From an uncultured Gemmatimonadales bacterium (GTDB taxonomy: Bacteria > Gemmatimonadota > Gemmatimonadetes > Longimicrobiales > RSA9): a DNA stretch of 64,000 nt. The notes below the pieces were generated by a model. It saw only the letters and a list, made by a program, of their open reading frames with translations. It was not told the DNA's origin and did not search any database. The stretch is taken from assembly GCA_963798845.1 (NCBI GenBank), contig CAWCUS010000005.1:32001-96000 (forward strand). Reading direction: 5' to 3'. Shown piece after piece: positions 63,922 to 64,000 of this stretch (the stretch's first letter is position 1; each line of letters starts with the position of its first letter). The position numbers and the translations under genes are program-made.

Positions 63922-64000
63922 TCAGCTTTCCAGGAACGCGGTCACGCCCGCGGCGGTGCCGAGGCTCACCACCTCTGCGGTGCGCTCGATCCGCTTCATC
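63922..64000 (-). CDS. fabD: Probable C-terminus of malonyl-CoA:ACP transacylase (partial)
   Basis: Minus strand reads MKRIERTAEVVSLGTAAGVTAFLES*, ending just before fabG; call rests mainly on synteny. Confidence 0.6.
   Translation of the reverse strand, partial: MKRIERTAEVVSLGTAAGVTAFLES

Overview
A high-GC bacterial chromosome segment made almost entirely of core and cell-envelope genes; gene content and order suggest Gemmatimonadota, which is inference only. The left part is mostly on the + strand: uvrC-gltX-larC, a TPR lipoprotein, a multi-zinc protein, DUF512-der-plsY-gpsA-merR-surE-pcm-yqaA, tRNA-Arg(CCT), a TPM/nucleotidyltransferase-like/LemA trio, ccmABCDEFGH and lgt. The middle holds a GWxTD-like protein, a GntR regulator, tamA/tamB, and a 28-bp dif-like XerC/XerD site at 35555-35582, where gene orientation and KOPS-like octamers switch polarity, so the window probably spans the replication terminus. 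Next comes a glycosylation cluster (DPM1-like GT2, GT4, gmd, rmd, methyltransferase, YfhO-like, flippase-like, two GT2). The right part is one long minus-strand run: fabD-fabG-acpP-fabF-ispF-dedA-xerD-trpG-OMP-kdsB-pyrG-kdsA-kdsC-kdsD-lptC-lptA-like-lptB-rpoN. Three genes (ccmF, tamA, dedA) each carry a +1 frameshift, probably assembly errors. The most unusual signals are: (i) local C-rich to G-rich skew flips about every 8-11 kb, centred on short AT-richer patches, several of which share a degenerate 25-bp inverted repeat; (ii) an LptB with a ~150-aa N-terminal extension containing an EF-hand-like loop; (iii) two well-spaced sigma54-type promoters; (iv) the TPM-NTase-LemA module. No CRISPR array, prophage, IS element or rRNA was seen. 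All calls were made by eye, without database searches.
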